Positions 58,366 to 64,000 of a DNA stretch of 64,000 nt are shown here, piece by piece. The stretch's first letter is position 1, and each line of letters starts with the position of its first letter. The DNA is from Eledone cirrhosa. Taxonomy: Eukaryota. The stretch lies in the NCBI GenBank assembly GCA_964016885.1, contig OZ024759.1:26536001-26600000 (forward strand). Direction: 5' to 3'. Made by a program: the position numbers and the translations under genes. The notes under the pieces were generated by a model that had not been told where the DNA came from, did no database searches, and saw only the letters and a program-made list of their open reading frames with translations.

Positions 58366-59335
58366 AACGGAACCTGAACAGTACGTAGCTCTGATGATTG
58401 CCAAACAGTATGAAACAGAATGTTAGCTTCTCTGTCTTCTTTCGCCGAAAAGAAGTAAGTGACATAATCACCACTTTAAAATGATAGCGTAACGTCTTCA
58501 AAATGTTTTTAATTAAACATACTGTATATTGCCAAATATATTATGCATACATTCATGTATACATCGCTATTTCAGAGCACCAATCCTAATATACATATAC
58601 ATATATGGGTGTGCAGGTGCGTGAGTGTGTGTGTATTATTTATTCTTTATTATTAACATTCATTAAAAAAAATGATGATTATGTATATCTATTTTAAATA
58701 TTAGAGAAGCCCTTCGTATTTCGTTTAGTTTAGGACCTCAACAGATGGAAGTTCGGCCCTGGTGCGTACAGAGAGAGTGGGGGTGAATTAAAAGCTTAGT
58801 TTAAATGAAAATCTAAATTCAAGGGATAAAACTCTGAAATGTTTTTCCTGCTGATCTATGGGAGTGAATTATGTAGAATTGACATGGGGAATAACTCTCT
58901 ATATTACAGTATACGTGGGTAGTGAATTGGAAGTATCGGTTGTGAGTTTGATGCTATGCTTCGCGGCTAGAGTTACGGCCCTTTATGTTCTGATTTGAAA
59001 TCCTCTTTGTCAGTCGTCCTTACGGGGTCGATAAAATGAAATACAAGATCGACTTTCCCCTTTCCCAAAATTGTTGTCCTTATGGCTAGATCAGAAACCT
59101 TTATAGTTTCACAAATATTATTTTTATTTGATACAATATATTCCAATTCATTCTCTAAATATCTCTCAACCGTGGGATATCTCTGGTATTTCTTTATCTT
59201 CTGGTACTTCATACTCCTGACTGGAAAAAGTCAGGAGTCCTATGAAGCAGAGCAGGGTTTCTCAAACTCCGACTAATAGAGACTACAGACGTAGAGAAAC
59301 AGTGTTTAAAATGGTATTAACATAACTACCTAGAC

Positions 59336-59502
59336 CAGGATTTCCAAACCTTTTTCAAAAACGGAACCCTTTTTGGTTCAAAAACTTTTGGGTGAACCTC
59401 AAAGTCTAATACTGTTATATGGTCGTAATATAAATATACTCCTCTACCTTTTTTCACGGGACCCCAGACACACTTTTGCGGAACCCACTTTTGGAAGCAC
59501 TG
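59336..59502. mobile_element. hAT (Charlie-like) MITE
   Basis: Imperfect TIRs caggatttccaaa / tttggaagcactg with an exact 8-bp TSD acctagac (59328-59335 and 59503-59510). Confidence 0.8.
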
Positions 59503-59707
59503 ACCTAGACCTTAGAAGCAAGATAGTAAACCTAACGGTATTTGTTGCGGCTTTCTGCGATCTGAGTTCAAATACCGCCGAGGCCAACTTTGCCTGTCGA
59601 CGTTTTGAAGTCGATAAAAAATGTTTTAGTCCAGCACTGGGGTAGATTCTTTCGTTATATCGTTCCCCAACACAGCACAGCACAGCACAGCACAGCACAG
59701 CACAGCA

Positions 59708-59770
<63 letters not shown>

Positions 59771-60046
59771 GGAGGCACGTGACCTAGTGGTAAGAGTGTT
59801 GGACTTACGATCATAATGTCGTGGGTTCGATTCCTGGGCTGCATGTTGTGTTCATGATCAAAACACTTCATTTCACGTTGCTCCAGTATACTCAGCTGAA
59901 GATGAGTACCAGTAATAGCTGGAGGTTTAAGCCTGAGATGGACTGGGATCCTGTCCAGGGGGGAGTCTTGTACTCTCAGTCGCTTCACGCCATGAAACCG
60001 GGATAAGCACCGGCCAAATGAGCCTTCTGGCTTAAGACAGACTTTA
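59771..60046 (+). mobile_element. tRNA-derived SINE family S2 (CORE-like), full length
   Basis: A box tgacctagtgg, B box ggttcgattcc, CORE-like gttgtgttcatgatcaaaacacttc and 3' gatggactgg..cctgtccaggg..gcttcacgccatgaaaccgggataagc. Other copies at about 5750-5990, 6000-6200 (-), 9735-9830 (-) and 31205-31340. Confidence 0.85.
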
Positions 60047-60239
60047 TATATATATAGAGAGAGAGAGAATAGAATTAGGATTTAGCTTCATGGATAGCTG
60101 TATGCAGATATGTATTGAAATTTCGTATTTCTAAAGAAATACGATATGTTTATAGGTAAACATTTAGAAAGCCGAGGCTATGCAAAACACCGGGGCTATC
60201 ACCCTCTGATGGTGTCCAGCATAAGTAAGGGGGACAATC

Positions 60240-60277
60240 GTTGATGCATTTCGAACTTAACTGATTCTCATCAGGAC
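60240..60277 (-). ncRNA. Minimal hammerhead ribozyme motif
   Basis: Minus strand reads gtc CTGATGA gaat-cagttaa-gttc GAAAT gc ATC aac. Stem III is palindromic (ATGCAT); stem I is weak. Confidence 0.55.
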
Positions 60278-60764
60278 TGCTGGACTTGAAAACAGGCGGG
60301 AATATATGGCTTTCTCGTCTGAGTAAATATATATAAATTGAAGAAATCGGCTGCGTAAAAAAGGCCGAAGATTCGCCGTATATCACGTCAGTAGCCCCAC
60401 GAGTGCCTTGAAAGGTACGGGTCTAGATATACGCATCTCTGCCTAGCTACCTGCTCATACTGTTTCACTACCCTTTATATTGGAAATGTTCATCTGTACC
60501 ACTGGTTTTATAAGGGCATGTCGCCTAATGATTAGACTTTTCAGCTCACTACCGAATTCAGTATCCGACAATGTGAACTGAGGTGGCAAAAATGAACCCT
60601 ATCTGATATTTAAAGGTATAGTCTTGTCACACTCTCTAGCTGATTCTTTATCAGAACAACATCAATTGTGCACGTGTCTGGAATGCTCAACCACCTGGTG
60701 TTGACCTGCAACGATAGAGGCTCAACAGCATCACTAGACTTAACGATTACTTAACGATGAGCTC

Positions 60765-61060
60765 TTAACGATGAGTGTTCCAGTTGTTGGAACAACCGAT
60801 GAGCCTGCTCGTGAAATTAACCTGCAATTAGTTGACCATTCTACAGACATATGTAACCTTAACTTAGTTCTCAGGGAGATTCAGCGTGACACAGTTGTGA
60901 AAAGGCTGGCCCTTTCAATAACAGGTCGACATATTTTTGTCAGCTAAGTGGACTGGAGCTATGTGAAGTGAAGTGGCTTGCTAAAGGACACAACAGGCCA
61001 GGAATAGAAATCACAGCCTTACAAGTATTAGCCGAACACTATAAAAAGTAAGCTACGCTC
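60765..61060 (-). mobile_element. Old tRNA/CORE-like SINE
   Basis: Degenerate tRNA head at about 61000-61058 and CORE-like ttgtgtcctttagcaagccacttcacttcac. An oppositely oriented remnant lies at about 60610-60700. Confidence 0.6.
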
Positions 61061-61474
61061 TTTTTTTCATCGTATAGGTAGGTTTAACGCTGTTATCTTA
61101 TGCTATCCCCTATGGGACTGATGGGGATATTAGCTAGGTTTTGTTTCTGGAAATATTATACGGGAAAGGGGAGCCTTACATATTTAGCTCCCCATTTCAT
61201 ATAGTAGCTAGGGTTTATTTTTAAAGGTGCTATATAGGCGCAAAGGGAGTCTTGCCTTCTTAGCTCTCCGTTTCATATTTCTAGTAGGTAACACTAGACG
61301 CTGAAAGCTACGGGTTGGTGAGAACAATAGTAGCTAGGGTTTGTGGTCTTCAGTTATTATATACGGGCAAGGGGAGCCCCATTTAGCTCTCCGTTTTATA
61401 TTTCTGGTAGACTGCGATGGACACAAAAAGACACAAAAGGAGGGTGAAGAGGGTTTGTTTGGCGTTTGATACAG

Positions 61475-61662
61475 CAGTCATTACTAACATGCGGCCCTTT
61501 GCAAGCACATCTGCGGCCCGCACAAACGTTTTAACAGCGCGAGCGTAATATAAAATAAAAAATATTAGTTGTAATGTGCACAATTAGTTGTCATGTGTGA
61601 CCCTCAGACAATACATATGTGACCCATGTGGCCCTCGGGGAACCCTCAGTTTGACATGCTTG
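61475..61662. mobile_element. hAT MITE (older)
   Basis: Ends cagtcattactaac..gcggccc / gtggccc..gtttgacatgcttg; flanks tgatacag and atatacag match 6/8. Confidence 0.55.
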
Positions 61663-62298
61663 ATATACAGACAATGGGTGCTTTGTCTGCTCAGTTTTCC
61701 GTTTCTTATTTCTGGTAGCTAATGGTGAAAGCTGAAAGCCGAGAGGGGGCGGGTGAGGTGATCAGTACATGACCAGCTTCACTGATAGGTAAGCCACGTC
61801 ATTCATCCCTAACATATACAATATCTTCGCCTAAATTAGCACCATTTTGTCTTTAAATCGTTCCTATATAAAGTCATTTATCATGGGTGTGTTATATGGC
61901 TGTCCGCGTCCATTTGCTTATTTAGGATAAGCCAATATAGATAACTTGATAGAAATAGGAGGCAAATATCCTTCTAACCACACCCTACTGTCTTTAAAAC
62001 ATCAATGGAAAGGGAAAAGATAAAAAAGCAAAGTACAAAGGAAAGTTTACTCCTAGATACAATATAATCCCTATGTATTTTTGTTGTTGTTTTGTTTGTT
62101 TATTTGTTTGTTTTGTTTTGTTTTGTTTTTGTTTTGTTTTTGTGGGAGTGGGAGGCACTGAAAATCAATCAGTTACAAAAATAACTGCTGCAACTACCTC
62201 AGGAACAGCAGTACCAGCAATAACAACAACCATAACAACAACAGCAACAACCACAACCATCACAACAACTTATACAACTACAAAAGCAAAAACAAGTA

Positions 62299-62348
<50 letters not shown>

Positions 62349-62642
62349 AAGAACCCTATCTGAAGATAATCCGTATATATTTGCATTGTAAAGTAATTCA
62401 TCAGCTTTGGAATAGAACTTTACTGATAAGCACATCATAGAATCATGCATTGTTTGTTAATAGATATAAATAGTGATAAATACAGCAACAACAACAACAA
62501 TAACCTTCTGTATGGTTATTATACTGGCGAGAAATAGCTGTCAAATTTAACGCAAACCACACTATATCATCTTGTTTTTGGTGGTATGCCCGTTCACGAC
62601 CCCCGTAGAGTTTAACGGTAAAACGGATTCTAGCGATATATA

Positions 62643-62771
62643 TAACAAAGAAAGTGTGGTAAGGAACCAGGTGGACCAGATTACTCGATACTTAGGGTAG
62701 TAGAGTGGGTAATAGGAAAAGAGTCAGGACACCAACGACCGGAGCGCAGCCGTCGGGGTCCTAACTCTTTT

Positions 62772-62775
<4 letters not shown>
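62643..62775 (-). mobile_element. Fold-back element, family B-related subfamily
   Basis: Tail plus arms taggaaaagagtcaggac / gtcctaactcttttccta. Confidence 0.65.
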
Positions 62776-62805
<30 letters not shown>

Positions 62806-62806
<1 letters not shown>

Positions 62807-62989
62807 GTTATTCCGGGTTGAATCGGAGGTAACCACAGTAAGTAAGGTACTCAATACATTGCAGAGTATAAAAGTTTTAATATAGATGAGATTCTACAGG
62901 ACTAGAACTGTTTCATTCTTTAGAAATCATCAGGGATTCCTGATGATTTCTAAAGAATGAAACAGTTCTAGTCCTGTAGAATCTCATCT
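62806..62989 (-). mobile_element. Fold-back element, family A
   Basis: Tail plus a perfect palindrome (62884-62989, about 51-bp arms, 4-nt loop) that places a hammerhead core on both strands. Related copies at 1-76, 7552-7690 and 18986-19130. Confidence 0.75.
62935..62983 (+). ncRNA. Minimal type I hammerhead ribozyme motif (family A)
   Basis: gattc CTGATGA t-ttc-taaa-gaa-t GAAAC ag-ttctagtc-ct GTA gaatc: intact core, 5-bp stem I, stem III and a GUA cleavage triplet. The first pair of stem II is U-U. Activity is untested. Confidence 0.75.
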
Positions 62990-62996
62990 CTCTCTC

Positions 62997-63037
<41 letters not shown>

Positions 63038-63490
63038 CACATCAATCAACTAGATGTCTTACATAAAGGTTGCCTACATGCAGTCTGTGGGCACACACTC
63101 GAAGACAAAATGCTAAAAGCTGACCTCGTCATTAAGTGCAAGATTGGAGGTATTGAAACCTTTCTTGTGAAATCACAACTAAGCTGGGCTGGTTATGTCA
63201 TCAGAATGAGTGACAAAAGGATATTACAAGTCTTCGTGTACAGGTAACTTGATGGTGGATATAGAAATAATGGACGGCCATGGCTCAGGAAGAAAGACAA
63301 GCTGAAGAGTAATCTTTCAGCAACCAATGTATCTTATGAGTCATTTGAGCAAGTGGCCTTGGATCGGAAGGGCTGTAGATCTGTGTGTCATAATGGGGTC
63401 AGGATCTTCGAGTCCGGTTGTATCCATAGGCTACAAGAAGCAAGAGGGATGGGAGAAGCATTATCAAACATACCAGCAATATTATCCAAT
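63038..63490 (+). mobile_element. RTE/BovB-like LINE fragment (decayed)
   Basis: QLSWAGYVIRMSDKRI...GYRNNGRPWLRKKDKLK with an in-frame stop. Confidence 0.75.
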
Positions 63491-63579
63491 TCAGGACCCC
63501 GATGGCTGAGCTCCGTCCGTTTCAACAGCTAGATCCGAACTGAGTAACGGTGTAAATGTTTTTTACCGCCTTCATTTGT

Positions 63580-63613
<34 letters not shown>

Positions 63614-63751
63614 CATACATATATGTGTGTGTGTGTGCGTGTGTGTGTGAAGAAAAACCAAGGAAAACCACTTAAATCCATTCTTTAATTTCTACGTATG
63701 CTTCAATAAAGATGACAATAGTTCATGCATATATATATGTGTTGCTTCACG

Positions 63752-63812
<61 letters not shown>

Positions 63813-63942
63813 TTGCTTCACGTCACGTATCTTATTTTGAATAGTTAAAATCATTTTCGGTGATATCTTCTTTCCCACAAAATAATGATTTCGCTTTGTT
63901 TCGATGTGATAATCATAACAACACTGCATCGAGTTCTAATAT

Positions 63943-63976
<34 letters not shown>

Positions 63977-64000
63977 GTGGATGCATATTTTAAAATATGT

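Noticed and set aside
59196-59248. Hairpin ctcctgact-ggaaaa-agtcaggag as a terminator or ncRNA
   Set aside because: A single short stem in a eukaryotic repeat-rich context, with no supporting motif.

Overview
Eukaryotic, very AT-rich, microsatellite-saturated DNA. The SINE repertoire and a neuropeptide exon point to a coleoid cephalopod, most likely an octopod (inference). Nearly every ORF in the supplied track is an artefact of (TA)n/(CA)n/(ATC)n repeats. The one clear host gene signal is missing from the track: a 45-codon minus-strand exon (15752-15618) encoding a signal peptide plus CFWTTCPIG-GKR, i.e. coding exon 1 of an octopressin/sepiatocin (oxytocin/vasopressin family) precursor. It ends at a phase-0 GT donor, and I could not find the neurophysin exons in the window. 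The rest is mobile DNA: tRNA-derived SINEs, LINE fragments (Tx1/L1-like, CR1, RTE, R4/Dong-like, CRE-like), a non-autonomous Helitron and two hAT MITEs. The most unusual layer is at least 8 unrelated families of short elements embedded in (TA)n. They carry minimal type I hammerhead ribozyme motifs and are usually arranged as head-to-head fold-backs (Penelope-like architecture, inferred). In one copy the hairpin apex has become a 531-bp, 50-unit tandem array built from the element's own junction sequence. All coordinates were read by eye and may be off by a few bases; no searches were run.
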